The position numbers and the translations under genes were made by a program. The notes under the pieces were generated by a model. The model had not been told where the DNA came from, searched no databases, and worked only from the letters and a program-made list of their open reading frames with translations. Of a stretch of 64,000 nt of DNA, positions 1 through 9,084 are shown one piece after another; the first letter of the stretch is position 1; each line of letters opens with the position of its first letter. The DNA comes from Bacteriovoracia bacterium (lineage in GTDB: Bacteria > Bdellovibrionota > UBA1018 > JBFWNL01): contig JBFWNL010000003.1 in the NCBI GenBank assembly GCA_050251055.1, positions 64,001-128,000 of the forward strand, read 5' to 3'.

Positions 1-1018
1 AACGCAGATTCGTACCGAAGTGCTCCGCGGCGACGGTGACGAATACCGCCCAGTACCCCACCGCGAAACCCAAAGCCGCGCAAAGGCCGTAAAACTCAAA
101 AGGCGTCCAACCCTTCACGTAGACGTAAACGCACGTTAAAACCGCGGTCAAAGAGAGAAAGCCTAAAACGACACGTTTGCGGGTACGCAGCCACTGGCTC
201 AAAAATCCGCTCGCGACGTCACCGGCCGCGAGCCCGATGTAAGACCACATCACGGCTAAACTCGCCTGAATCGGACCGGTGACGCCCATCTCGGTGGAAA
301 GCTCCGGCGAAAAGGTGATCAGAATGCCGATCACGTACCAGACGGGGACGCCGATCAGGATGCACGAGGCGTAACGCTTGAAGTGCCGGAGGGAGCGGAA
401 GAGCACCGTGAAGTCCCCGCGGCGGACGCCGGCCTGCTTGCAGCCTTCGAACATACCGGACTCGAACATCGACACTCGCATCACGAGCAGCGCCAGGCCC
501 ATCGCGCCGCCGACAAAGTAAGCCACGCGCCAATCGAAGTAATCGCCCACCCACGCGGCCGCGACCGCGCCGAGGATGCCCACGGAGGCGACGATGGTCG
601 TGCCGTAACCGCGCTTCTCCTTGGATAGAGTTTCACTGACGAGCGTGATCGCCGCCCCGAGCTCGCCGGCCAGCCCGATGCCCGCCAGCAGCCGTAGCGC
701 ACCGTACATCGGGACCGATTGCACGAAGCCGTTGGCGATATTCGCCGCCGAATACAGGAAGATCGACCCGAAAAGCACGGACACCCTTCCACGTTTATCG
801 CCGAAAACTCCCCAGAGAATGCCGCCCAGGAGCATCCCGAACATCTGCATATTCAGGAGAAAAACGCCGGTCCCGAGCAGCTCCTCGGAAGGCACCCCGA
901 TTGCCTTCAGGCTCGGAATGCGGACGATGGAGAAGAGGATTAGGTCATAAATATCCACGAAATACCCCAGGGCGGAAACCACGACCGTCGTGCTCAGGAT
1001 TTTGTTTGAATTCGTCAT
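1..1018 (-). CDS. MFS transporter (3' end runs off the window)
   Basis: Manual translation from ATG at 1018: MTNSNKILSTTVVVSALGYFVDIYDLILFSIVRIPSL..., with later GILGDKRGRVSV and GIGLAGELGAAITLVSE motifs typical of MFS. Absent from the ORF track because there is no stop in the window. Confidence 0.85.
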   Translation of the reverse strand, partial: MTNSNKILSTTVVVSALGYFVDIYDLILFSIVRIPSLKAIGVPSEELLGTGVFLLNMQMFGMLLGGILWGVFGDKRGRVSVLFGSIFLYSAANIANGFVQSVPMYGALRLLAGIGLAGELGAAITLVSETLSKEKRGYGTTIVASVGILGAVAAAWVGDYFDWRVAYFVGGAMGLALLVMRVSMFESGMFEGCKQAGVRRGDFTVLFRSLRHFKRYASCILIGVPVWYVIGILITFSPELSTEMGVTGPIQASLAVMWSYIGLAAGDVASGFLSQWLRTRKRVVLGFLSLTAVLTCVYVYVKGWTPFEFYGLCAALGFAVGYWAVFVTVAAEHFGTNLR

Positions 1019-1104
1019 TTTTTCGTTCTACACGGATTTCCTTCGTGGAAACAACGCTTACTTCAGACCGCCGAGGCCCCGAAACGAGCCGTCCCCGCGC
1101 CGGC

Positions 1105-2274
1105 GTGGTCCCCTTCCGGGCTCCGGGGATCGCCCCGCCACTGCTCATTCAACAGATCCAGTCGACGGCCCCTTTCGTCCTGACCTGGCCGATGGGGCCG
1201 GCTCGCCAGGTCGGCCCGCTCGACAAAGATTCGCGCGGCGCCCTGGAGTACGTGGAAATCATTCAAAGGACCGCGCAAAGAACCGCGGCCAGCGCCGCCC
1301 CCGAAGCGCCTGTTTTTCCGGACAATCCGGCTGACTACTTTGCCCTTTGCGTGGCGGCCCACTGGGCGACCGTGGGTTCGTTCGTGCCTACGGACGTCGA
1401 CAACGCCATTCGCTTCAAGCTTTGGGATCCCGCCCTGCCCGTTGCCACGCTCAACCAGATGGCCGAAACGGTCCTTCGCGCGCGCACGTGGGATGAGCGG
1501 CCCTTCACGCGCCGCTGGGTGCCCGTCGATTCGACCGAACGCTTAAGCGGACACCACGGCGAGTGGTTCAGTGTCGCGGCCGGCGCTTACGGCGCGCTCC
1601 GGCGTAAGGACCCGGAACACGCCCAGACCGTGGCCGACGCGATCATCGAAGAGGTGAACCGGCACGCTCGCGTGACGGAAAAGGTTTTCGCCGAGCGCGA
1701 CGGCAAACGCGCGCTGTTGGCATCGGTTCTCGTCGCCCACAACCTGGGCGACCTGGATCGCGTGATCGAGATGTGGAATCTCCCGGAAGGCGATCCCCTA
1801 CGCACGGCCGTGCATAAGGCGGGTCACGAGGCCAAACCAGGCCTGGAAATCCTGGAGCGCGCCGGAGCGCTCAACAAGAAAACCATGGCGGTGGAAAATC
1901 ACCGTCACTTCGCCCTTCGGCATCCGCGCTTTCTACGCGCGCAGCCGGAGTTCCTGCTCGACCTCTGTCCCTTTCTGGACGACTGGGGCACCCGGCTGGT
2001 GAAACACCCCGGCGTGACGCCCGAACAGATCGCCGAGCTCGTGGGCGCGCTCATCGACGGCTGGAAGAAACTCCACGGGACGGTGGCCTATGCCCGCGCG
2101 CTCGCCGGAATCACCCAAGCCTTTCCGGGCGGGATGTCAAATCTCGAACGCTACCTTCCCTCGCGGGTAGCCAAAGAGCTGAAATCCGGGTCCCTGCGAG
2201 TGCTCATCGACGTTCCCCGCGCCCGTTTCGAAGAACAATGGGCCGATAAAGCGGGCCTGCCAAAAAACCGATAA
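1105..2274 (+). CDS. Hypothetical protein, helical, with His-rich motifs
   Basis: Long ORF (901..2274 in the track). A start at GTG 1105 avoids overlap with the divergent MFS gene. Motifs SGHHGEW, AHNLGDLD, ENHRH. Start is uncertain. Confidence 0.7.
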   Translation: MVPFRAPGIAPPLLIQQIQSTAPFVLTWPMGPARQVGPLDKDSRGALEYVEIIQRTAQRTAASAAPEAPVFPDNPADYFALCVAAHWATVGSFVPTDVDNAIRFKLWDPALPVATLNQMAETVLRARTWDERPFTRRWVPVDSTERLSGHHGEWFSVAAGAYGALRRKDPEHAQTVADAIIEEVNRHARVTEKVFAERDGKRALLASVLVAHNLGDLDRVIEMWNLPEGDPLRTAVHKAGHEAKPGLEILERAGALNKKTMAVENHRHFALRHPRFLRAQPEFLLDLCPFLDDWGTRLVKHPGVTPEQIAELVGALIDGWKKLHGTVAYARALAGITQAFPGGMSNLERYLPSRVAKELKSGSLRVLIDVPRARFEEQWADKAGLPKNR

Positions 2275-2279
2275 GCCAA

Positions 2280-3806
2280 TTGGTGAAGTCCAAGAGATTC
2301 CAATACCTAATCGTCGGGGCGCTAACCGCGTTCACGCTCGTCCGCGCCGACGATGGCTCGGAAAAAGCCGCAAGCCTTGCCCTCTCCTCCATGCGGCCGA
2401 CCCGACTGGAAGTTCGTCTCGACGAAGTGGCCAAGCTCGAGACGGAGCTTCGCGAAATGGACGAAGCGGCGTTAGCTAAGTACTTTGAAAAAAATCCGCT
2501 CCGTGGCATCCGCATGCCCGACGGCGTTTACTACGTGACGGACGGTCACCGGTTGGCCGTCGCCCTATCCCGCTTGGGCAAACGCAACGCCCTGATGATC
2601 GTGGACGAAGACTATTCCGAACTGGGACAGGCCAAAGCGTACGAGCGGTTAGAGGCGCGGCATCTTCAACTCAAGGACAGCCACGGCCATCAGTATGCAT
2701 TCGATGACCTGCCTAAGACCTTTAAGGAGATGCGCGGAGTAGGCGAGCCCGTGCAACTCGGGCGCGCGCTGAACGCGCTAAAACCCAGCCAGTTTGAGGT
2801 GGACACCGCGGAAGTGGCACGTCTCCAAAAGACATTGGAGAAACTAGACGAGGAAAAATTAGCGGAATACCTCAAACAAAACCCCATCCCGGTGGTTTGG
2901 GGACCTGGCGACGCGATGTATGTCCAGGACAAACACGAACTCGCTTACGCGTTGATGAAATCGGGCAAGCGCAAAGCACGGGTTATCGTCCAGGACGATT
3001 GGTCTGGCTTAAAGGAAAACGAGTTCTACGAGCGCCTAACGGAAAAGGTTCTGAAGCTCAAGGATAGTCACGGGTACGAGTTCTCAAGGCTTTCGTTGCC
3101 GGACACCCTTAAGGAAATGCGGCCTAAGGGCGAAATCATCACGATGAAGTTCAAGGACCTGCGTCCCACGCAGTTCAAGGTCGGCCTGCTGGAAATCGAC
3201 GCCCGCAAGGGCCGCATCGCGGCGCTGTCGGAAGCCGATCGAAGAAAATACCTGGCCGAGCATCCGGTACAGGTCATCATTGGCCCCGGCGGGGAAAAGT
3301 ACCTCGTGGACGGCCATCACCTCAGCCGCGCGCTCGTGGATCTCGGGGAAACCGAAGTCCAGGTGACGGTACTGGCGGACTGGTCAGAAATGGCGGAAAC
3401 CGACTTTTGGGAAAAAATGCAGCGGAAAAACTACGTCCTCCTGCGGGACAGCGACGGCAAGCTGCATACTTATCAAGAACTCAGCCAGCTCACGCTCAAA
3501 GACCTAAAGGATGACCCCTATCGCTCGCTCGCTTGGCTCGTGAGGAAATCGGGCGGCTATGATTCGGTCGACGACATCGCTTTTCAGGAGTTCCGATGGG
3601 CGGAGTTTCTACGCGAACACGTGGACGTGGAAAAACTCGTGCGCGAGCACGGCCCCGAGCAAGGCTGGCTCATGGCTACCCAACAGGGCCTTTCCGCCGC
3701 CACGAGCGACCACGCGAGGAAACTGCCCGGCTACCGAAAGGAAGCGAAAGGCCTGGCTTGCAAGCTGGAAGTCTTGTTCCGCGAAACCCTGAAAGTGCGC
3801 TTCTAG
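2280..3806 (+). CDS. Exported protein with three tandem ParB-like (ParBc_2-type) domains
   Basis: N-terminal hydrophobic signal. Three related units (MRPTRLEV..DGHR; LKPSQFEV..DKHE; LRPTQFKVG..GPGGEKYLVDGHH) followed by DDPYRSLAW..FQEFRWA. Confidence 0.75.
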   Translation: MVKSKRFQYLIVGALTAFTLVRADDGSEKAASLALSSMRPTRLEVRLDEVAKLETELREMDEAALAKYFEKNPLRGIRMPDGVYYVTDGHRLAVALSRLGKRNALMIVDEDYSELGQAKAYERLEARHLQLKDSHGHQYAFDDLPKTFKEMRGVGEPVQLGRALNALKPSQFEVDTAEVARLQKTLEKLDEEKLAEYLKQNPIPVVWGPGDAMYVQDKHELAYALMKSGKRKARVIVQDDWSGLKENEFYERLTEKVLKLKDSHGYEFSRLSLPDTLKEMRPKGEIITMKFKDLRPTQFKVGLLEIDARKGRIAALSEADRRKYLAEHPVQVIIGPGGEKYLVDGHHLSRALVDLGETEVQVTVLADWSEMAETDFWEKMQRKNYVLLRDSDGKLHTYQELSQLTLKDLKDDPYRSLAWLVRKSGGYDSVDDIAFQEFRWAEFLREHVDVEKLVREHGPEQGWLMATQQGLSAATSDHARKLPGYRKEAKGLACKLEVLFRETLKVRF

Positions 3807-3898
3807 GGCATCGGGCGCCAATTGATTTACCCTACGCCTTCCGGTAATCTCAACCAATCGATACCACAGTTATTTTTCTCTTAGGCGCCGTTGCGGGT

Positions 3899-4609
3899 TT
3901 GATCGATTCGATGGCCGGAGGCGGAGGCTTGATTACGCTCCCGACGCTCGCGATCGCCCTGGGGCCGGGAGCGCTTGCCATCGGCACGAATAAAATTCCC
4001 GGGACCGTGGGCGCCCTCACCGCGCTGTGGGTGTACGCCCGACGTAAACACCTTTCCTGGAGGATCGGAATCCTTTTCGCCGGCTGCGTGGGCGCCGCCT
4101 CGTTCTTCGGGAGCCTCGTTACGCCGCATTTGCCACCTCGGTTTTTTCATTGGTTCCTCGCCGCGAGCTGCCCGTTGATTCTGTGGATCGTCTTTTCGCG
4201 CGACGTGTGGATCCGGTCGGACCTGGCGCACGCGCCAAAGACGGACGTTTCCCGCCGCGCGGTCGCGATCGCGGGCCTGGCCTGCGGTTTTTATGACGGG
4301 GCCTGGGGGCCGGGCGGAGGAACCTTCATGCTGCTCTCGCTCATCCTGTGGGCGAAACTTCCGCTCCTTCCCGCATTGGCCGCCTCCAAACTCGCGAACT
4401 CCGCTTCGGCCGCGACCTCGTTAGCCGGCTACAGCTGGAGCGAAAACGTGGCGTGGCGGGAGGGATTGGTCATTGCCGCGGGCGTGGCTACGGGAGCATA
4501 CGTAGGGGCTAACTACGCCAGCGAGAAGGCCGCGCGCGTGGTACGCCCGACCCTCGCGGTCCTAGCCGTGCTGCTCTTAATCCGTGTTTTAATGGATTCC
4601 GCCCGCTAA
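3899..4609 (+). CDS. Sulfite exporter TauE/SafE (TSUP) family membrane protein
   Basis: IDSMAGGGGLI, ALAIGTNK and GFYDGAWGPGGGTF motifs. The true start may lie upstream (see findings). Confidence 0.9.
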   Translation: MIDSMAGGGGLITLPTLAIALGPGALAIGTNKIPGTVGALTALWVYARRKHLSWRIGILFAGCVGAASFFGSLVTPHLPPRFFHWFLAASCPLILWIVFSRDVWIRSDLAHAPKTDVSRRAVAIAGLACGFYDGAWGPGGGTFMLLSLILWAKLPLLPALAASKLANSASAATSLAGYSWSENVAWREGLVIAAGVATGAYVGANYASEKAARVVRPTLAVLAVLLLIRVLMDSAR

Positions 4610-5209
4610 CTGGTACTCGATGGGAAGCATGAGCTTCCAATGCTCAATACCCAGCTCCTTGGGAATGGGTCGGAAACGCCGGGCATCACGCACGAGTGCT
4701 AACGCCGCGCGGTTGAGGGCGGCGTGCGCGCTCAAGGTCAGGATCTTCACGCCCGAGATCGTGCCGTCGCGTCCGAGCACGAACCCCACTTCGACCCGGC
4801 CGTTCTGCTTCGCCGCGCGTGCCGACTCGGGATAAACTTTGCGGCTCTCGAAAAACTCCACCAATCGCTGCAAATAGCGCTCGCGCACAGTATCGTTTCC
4901 TTCTTCGAACCCATAATCTTCCGTATCGAACTCGGCGAACGCGTTTCGGCTCGGTGCCGCCGTACGGGTCGTGAGGCGATCCCGGCCGTGACCGGAAAAT
5001 CGACGTTTCGTTCGCGAGGATTCGGACTTCGGCGAAATCGCCCCCCCTACGGCGGTAATCCACAGCGACCCGCTCTCGAGAGCGCTGGAGGGGCGAGGGT
5101 TTCCCTTTAGCCGCGTGAAGTCCTCCAGACCGGGGCGCCATCCCAGGCCGGCGATTATGCAAAAGTGGAGAGATAGGCTCAAAATCAGGCCTAATTGCAC
5201 GCGCTTCAC
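4589..5209 (-). CDS. TonB family energy transducer
   Basis: N-terminal TM with SxxxH (SLSLHF); C-terminal YPESARAAKQNGRVEVGFVLGRDG..LNRAAL TonB_C motif. Confidence 0.85.
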   Translation of the reverse strand: MKRVQLGLILSLSLHFCIIAGLGWRPGLEDFTRLKGNPRPSSALESGSLWITAVGGAISPKSESSRTKRRFSGHGRDRLTTRTAAPSRNAFAEFDTEDYGFEEGNDTVRERYLQRLVEFFESRKVYPESARAAKQNGRVEVGFVLGRDGTISGVKILTLSAHAALNRAALALVRDARRFRPIPKELGIEHWKLMLPIEYQLAGGIH

Positions 5210-5246
5210 CTAGCCTTCTTATCATATTTCGAGGTATAGGACGAAT

Positions 5247-5753
5247 ATGGGTAAAATCCCCTTTGAATTCGTGCTCGAAGCGCTGGAACGGATTTCCCCC
5301 CGCACCAATCCGATGTTTGGCTGTACGGCAGTTTATCATGGGGAGAAGATCGTGCTCATCCTGCGGGAGAAAGAAGACGGCACCGAGGACAACGGGGTCT
5401 GGCTGGCCACCACGGGCGAACATCACGCCAGCCTCCAAAAAGACTTCCCCTCGATGCGCTCGATCGCCTTGTTCGGGCCGGGCCCCACCGGTTGGCAGGT
5501 ACTGCCAACGGACGCGCCGGACTTCGAGGAAGCGGCCCTGCGGGCGTGCCGCTTGGTAATGCAAAACGACCCGCGTATCGGAAAAATCCCCAAGCGCCGG
5601 AAGCTGGCGAAGGCGACTCAAGCCAAGAAAGGAGCCCCGAAGAATGTGCGCGCAATACGAAGTAAAGGGCGACCTGATCGAGCTGCTGCTGCGGCTAAAC
5701 GAAAGCCTGCCACTCCATCCCGCCGACCTAAAAAACGTAAGGCAAAAAAGTAG
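5247..5753 (+). CDS. TfoX N-terminal-like protein with basic tail
   Basis: PMFGCTAVYHGEKIVLIL resembles TfoX_N (MFGxxxxY); Lys/Arg-rich C-terminus. Confidence 0.6.
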   Translation: MGKIPFEFVLEALERISPRTNPMFGCTAVYHGEKIVLILREKEDGTEDNGVWLATTGEHHASLQKDFPSMRSIALFGPGPTGWQVLPTDAPDFEEAALRACRLVMQNDPRIGKIPKRRKLAKATQAKKGAPKNVRAIRSKGRPDRAAAAAKRKPATPSRRPKKRKAKK

Positions 5754-6375
5754 TCCGTCCGCGATTCGCGTCGCCCCCGGCACGCTTGCCCCAGTAATCG
5801 CCGGCTACGTGGGGAAGCCCGGTCCCGCGCGCGTGGGTGAGCTACGATTTTCGCTCGTGCCGGCCTGGTCGCTCACCGAAACCTCCGCCAAGGCTGGCGC
5901 CTCCCGGCCAAAATTCGCCACTTACAACGCACGCCTCGAAGGCATTTCCACTAAACCTACCTGGCGCGAGCCCTTCGCGCGCAGACATTGTCTGGTGCCG
6001 ATGAGCGGCTTCATCGAGCCGATCTACGCATCTCCTGCTTTTCCAGGGCTCGAAAACTCCATGGTAAGCTTCCGAAGCCCCGACTTCGTGATGGCAGCCG
6101 GCATCTGGGAAGAGGCCACCAGGTCGTTCGCGATCATTACCGACTCGCCGATCCCGTTCGTAGAAAAAGTCGGCCACGATCGCTCTCCTCTTTTTCTGAG
6201 GCCGTCGGCCTGGGCGGAGTGGCTCTTCGGCCCACCTACCCCAGAGGCGGCGACGGCGTTCTTGCGGGCAAATCGCGAAGATCCCAGCCTAGCGCCGATA
6301 GTGGACCGGCCACTTAAATCCCGCGGCGGGGCCGAAAACCTCGAACCGGAGTTCGACTTTTTACCCCGCGGCTGA
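5644..6375 (+). CDS. SOS response-associated peptidase (SRAP/YedK/HMCES family abasic-site protein)
   Basis: Starts Met-Cys (catalytic Cys2); YNARLE, RHCLVPMSGFIE and HDRSP motifs. Confidence 0.85.
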   Translation: MCAQYEVKGDLIELLLRLNESLPLHPADLKNVRQKSSPSAIRVAPGTLAPVIAGYVGKPGPARVGELRFSLVPAWSLTETSAKAGASRPKFATYNARLEGISTKPTWREPFARRHCLVPMSGFIEPIYASPAFPGLENSMVSFRSPDFVMAAGIWEEATRSFAIITDSPIPFVEKVGHDRSPLFLRPSAWAEWLFGPPTPEAATAFLRANREDPSLAPIVDRPLKSRGGAENLEPEFDFLPRG

Positions 6376-6527
6376 CGGTGCCGCGGCTCATCTCGAGCGA
6401 AATTTTCTTGGCGGAGCTTTATCAAGCATTCTTGACAATCCTCTCCGAGAGCGAATTTCCAGCACCAAAAATAATTAACCGTTCTTTTTTCGGAGACTTT
6501 TTCGCGCGTGCGCCCAAAAATGAGGAC

Positions 6528-6911
6528 ATGAGTTCGAAATCCTGCATCTTGATTGTGGAAGACGAAAAAGAACTCGTCGACTCGTTGAACCAATGCCTCA
6601 CCGAAGAAGGTTATATGACCCAATCGTGCGGGAGCATCACGGACGCCGTGCACCGGGCCGCGAACCAGAAGTATGACTGCATCCTGCTCGACATGAAGCT
6701 CTCCAGGGGCACGGGCGAGCAGCTGATCAACGTGATCCGGGACAATAAGAGCCACTTCAACTTCAGGACTCCGATCGTGGTAACGAGCGGGCACCTCGAT
6801 CCCGAGCTGGTGAAACGGCTCAGTCAGCGCATTAACGGGATCCTGGTAAAACCCTACCGCGTGGATGCGCTTCTGGAAAAAGTGCGCTCCATCGCGCCCG
6901 CAAAAAAATAG
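6528..6911 (+). CDS. Single-domain response regulator receiver
   Basis: ILIVEDE, CILLDMKL, VVTSG, ILVKPY. ATG at 6528 follows GAGGA. Confidence 0.9.
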   Translation: MSSKSCILIVEDEKELVDSLNQCLTEEGYMTQSCGSITDAVHRAANQKYDCILLDMKLSRGTGEQLINVIRDNKSHFNFRTPIVVTSGHLDPELVKRLSQRINGILVKPYRVDALLEKVRSIAPAKK

Positions 6912-6938
6912 TCACCCATCGATTTGGAAGCGAAACCA

Positions 6939-7307
6939 CTATTGGTCGTTACTGGGGCCACTGCCGGGCCGGCGTAGAATCGTGCGCGGTGGTCCGGACG
7001 GCGCGGTCTTTGGGGCATTCGCCGCCTCGATTTCGGCGGCCGTACGCCGGGGGGCCCGGGGCTTGGCGTTCTCGCCGGAAAGCTCGCGTTTCCACTCCTC
7101 GATCGTCGGCGCCTGAAGCTCGACCGCCCACGATTCACGATGATTCATCATCGGAACGTGCGCATCCCAGCAAGCCACCGTACAGAAACTCAGGCCAGTA
7201 CGTTTGCGGTTACAGGTGGAAACGTTGCAGACCCAATACGTCGCGCGATAGCCGATGGGATTCTTGCAAGAATTACATTTTTTCCAATATTCCGGATGGG
7301 CTTCCAT
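6939..7307 (-). CDS. Cys/His-rich zinc-finger protein (ZZ-like), standalone
   Basis: WKKCNSCKNPI..YWVCNVSTCN..FCTVACWDAH..NH followed by a low-complexity tail. Confidence 0.7.
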   Translation of the reverse strand: MEAHPEYWKKCNSCKNPIGYRATYWVCNVSTCNRKRTGLSFCTVACWDAHVPMMNHRESWAVELQAPTIEEWKRELSGENAKPRAPRRTAAEIEAANAPKTAPSGPPRTILRRPGSGPSNDQ

Positions 7308-7320
7308 ATTGTTTTCGATT

Positions 7321-7836
7321 CTAGCGAAGACGTCGGTTTTTCAAAACGGTTTTCCGCATTTTCCCTTTGTACTTCAAAACCCGATCCAAAACCTTCTCGA
7401 ACGCCTGGCCTTTCCCGCCTTCACCGGCCCCCAGCATCTGCGCCGCCAAAACTCCCGCGTTCCAAGCATTACCGATGGCAACGGTGGCGACGGGGATCCC
7501 CTTGGGCATCTGCACGATCGAAAGCAGCGCGTCCTGACCTTTGAGATTACCGATCGGCACCGGCACCCCAATCACGGGCAACTCAGTGTAAGCGGCGACC
7601 ATACCAGGAAGATGCGCGGCCCCGCCGGCGCCGGCGATGATGACCTTCACGCCAAGGCGGCGCGCGGACTCCGCGAAACTCGCCACCTGGTGCGGCGTGC
7701 GGTGCGCGGAGAGAATCGCCATGCTGCTGGCGATGCCGAACTCCTTCAGCGCTTGCTCCGCTTCCCGCATCACCGGGAGATCGCTTTTGCTTCCCATCAC
7801 GATGGCAACCGGCTTCACTTGAGTCTTCTTCATCAC
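7321..7836 (-). CDS. purE: N5-carboxyaminoimidazole ribonucleotide mutase
   Basis: [25 protein letters not shown] and [14 protein letters not shown] motifs. Confidence 0.97.
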   Translation of the reverse strand: MMKKTQVKPVAIVMGSKSDLPVMREAEQALKEFGIASSMAILSAHRTPHQVASFAESARRLGVKVIIAGAGGAAHLPGMVAAYTELPVIGVPVPIGNLKGQDALLSIVQMPKGIPVATVAIGNAWNAGVLAAQMLGAGEGGKGQAFEKVLDRVLKYKGKMRKTVLKNRRLR

Positions 7837-7865
7837 ATTACTCCCTTACTTTGGTCCTACTCTAG

Positions 7866-9032
7866 CTAGTGGCTGATCACCCGGGCGGCCCACTGACGAT
7901 CCCAAGCCTCGAACTCGCGGCGTAAGCCTTCGCCTTCGACGGCTTGGCTTAAATCCAGATGGATATGTCCCATCTTCCGCCCGCCGCGAAGCGCTTCCTT
8001 ATCATACCAATGCAGCTTGGCCTCGGCACGAGGTAACGGCGGTAGATCAGAGGACGCAGCCGCGCCCGCCGATCCAATCGGTCCGAGCAAATTCCACATG
8101 AAAAATGCGCTCGTGGGCTCAGTTTCGCCCAACGGCTCTCCTAGCGCCCCTAAAAGGTGGTTTTCAAATTGACCCGCGGGACAGACGTCCATCGTATAAT
8201 GTCCGGAGTTGTGCACGCGCGGCGCGATCTCGTTCACCAGGAGCCGGCCCGGGGACCAGAAGAACTCAATCGCAAAACAACCCCGAAGGTCGAGCGCGTC
8301 GCCCAGCGCGCGCGCCTGCTCTTTTGCTTGCACTTCAATCGCGGCGGGCACTTCCAAATCTCGCGCCGGGCCGACCACGTACTGGCAGATCCCGTTTGCT
8401 TGCCCGCTCACCACGAGCGGATATGCCTTGAACTCCCGGGGGGTTCGGCACGCCACGAGCGCGAGTTCGCGCTGAAACTCCACGCACTCCTCCGCGAAGA
8501 CGATCCCGCCCCGGGACTGACCTTCACGGATGAAGTCAGCCAGCCGTTGGGAGTCACGGGGGCGGATCAGCACGCCCTTCCCGTCGTACCCCTGGCGGCT
8601 CCACTTGAAAACCCGATCGAGCGAACCCGGCGAAGCGCCGAGTTCACGCACTTCGAAAGCCCGCGCCGAGGGGATTCCCAGCTGGTTGAGAATTTGCTTT
8701 TGCTTCCATTTGTCTTGCAGAGTTCGGATGGCGTCGAGGCCCGGCGCGAAGCGCACGGAGAGGCCTTGGGCGGTGGCGGCGAGCGCATCGCAGTCGACGA
8801 ACTCATTTTCGAAAACGACGGTTTCAGTTTGACCGAGAAAGTCCCGCAATGCCGCGGCGTCCGAGAGCTTACCCCGAAAGTGTTGTGCTCCGGTTCGAGC
8901 CGCCACCGCAGGAGATTGCAGGGCCTCATCGAAAAAAGCGGCGCGTAAAGATCGCTTGGCGGCGGCCTCTAAGAGCATGCGGGAGAGCTGGCCGGCACCC
9001 AAAACGCCGATGGTGAAGTTTTTTGGCGGCAC
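7866..9032 (-). CDS. purK: N5-carboxyaminoimidazole ribonucleotide synthase (ATP-grasp)
   Basis: GVLGAGQLSRML, GYDGKG, NEIAPRVHNSGH, RKMGH; adjacent to purE. Confidence 0.95.
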   Translation of the reverse strand: MPPKNFTIGVLGAGQLSRMLLEAAAKRSLRAAFFDEALQSPAVAARTGAQHFRGKLSDAAALRDFLGQTETVVFENEFVDCDALAATAQGLSVRFAPGLDAIRTLQDKWKQKQILNQLGIPSARAFEVRELGASPGSLDRVFKWSRQGYDGKGVLIRPRDSQRLADFIREGQSRGGIVFAEECVEFQRELALVACRTPREFKAYPLVVSGQANGICQYVVGPARDLEVPAAIEVQAKEQARALGDALDLRGCFAIEFFWSPGRLLVNEIAPRVHNSGHYTMDVCPAGQFENHLLGALGEPLGETEPTSAFFMWNLLGPIGSAGAAASSDLPPLPRAEAKLHWYDKEALRGGRKMGHIHLDLSQAVEGEGLRREFEAWDRQWAARVISH

Positions 9033-9084
9033 GAGCCATTCTATATCAATTGACGCCGTTTGGAACTGCCATTAGCGTCGCCCT

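Noticed and set aside
4686-5783. 365-aa minus-strand ORF
   Set aside because: Overlaps the TonB, TfoX-like and SRAP genes in other frames and has no recognisable motifs.
7321-9032. purK upstream of purE (reverse of the E. coli order)
   Set aside because: This gene order variant is known in other lineages and both genes are intact.
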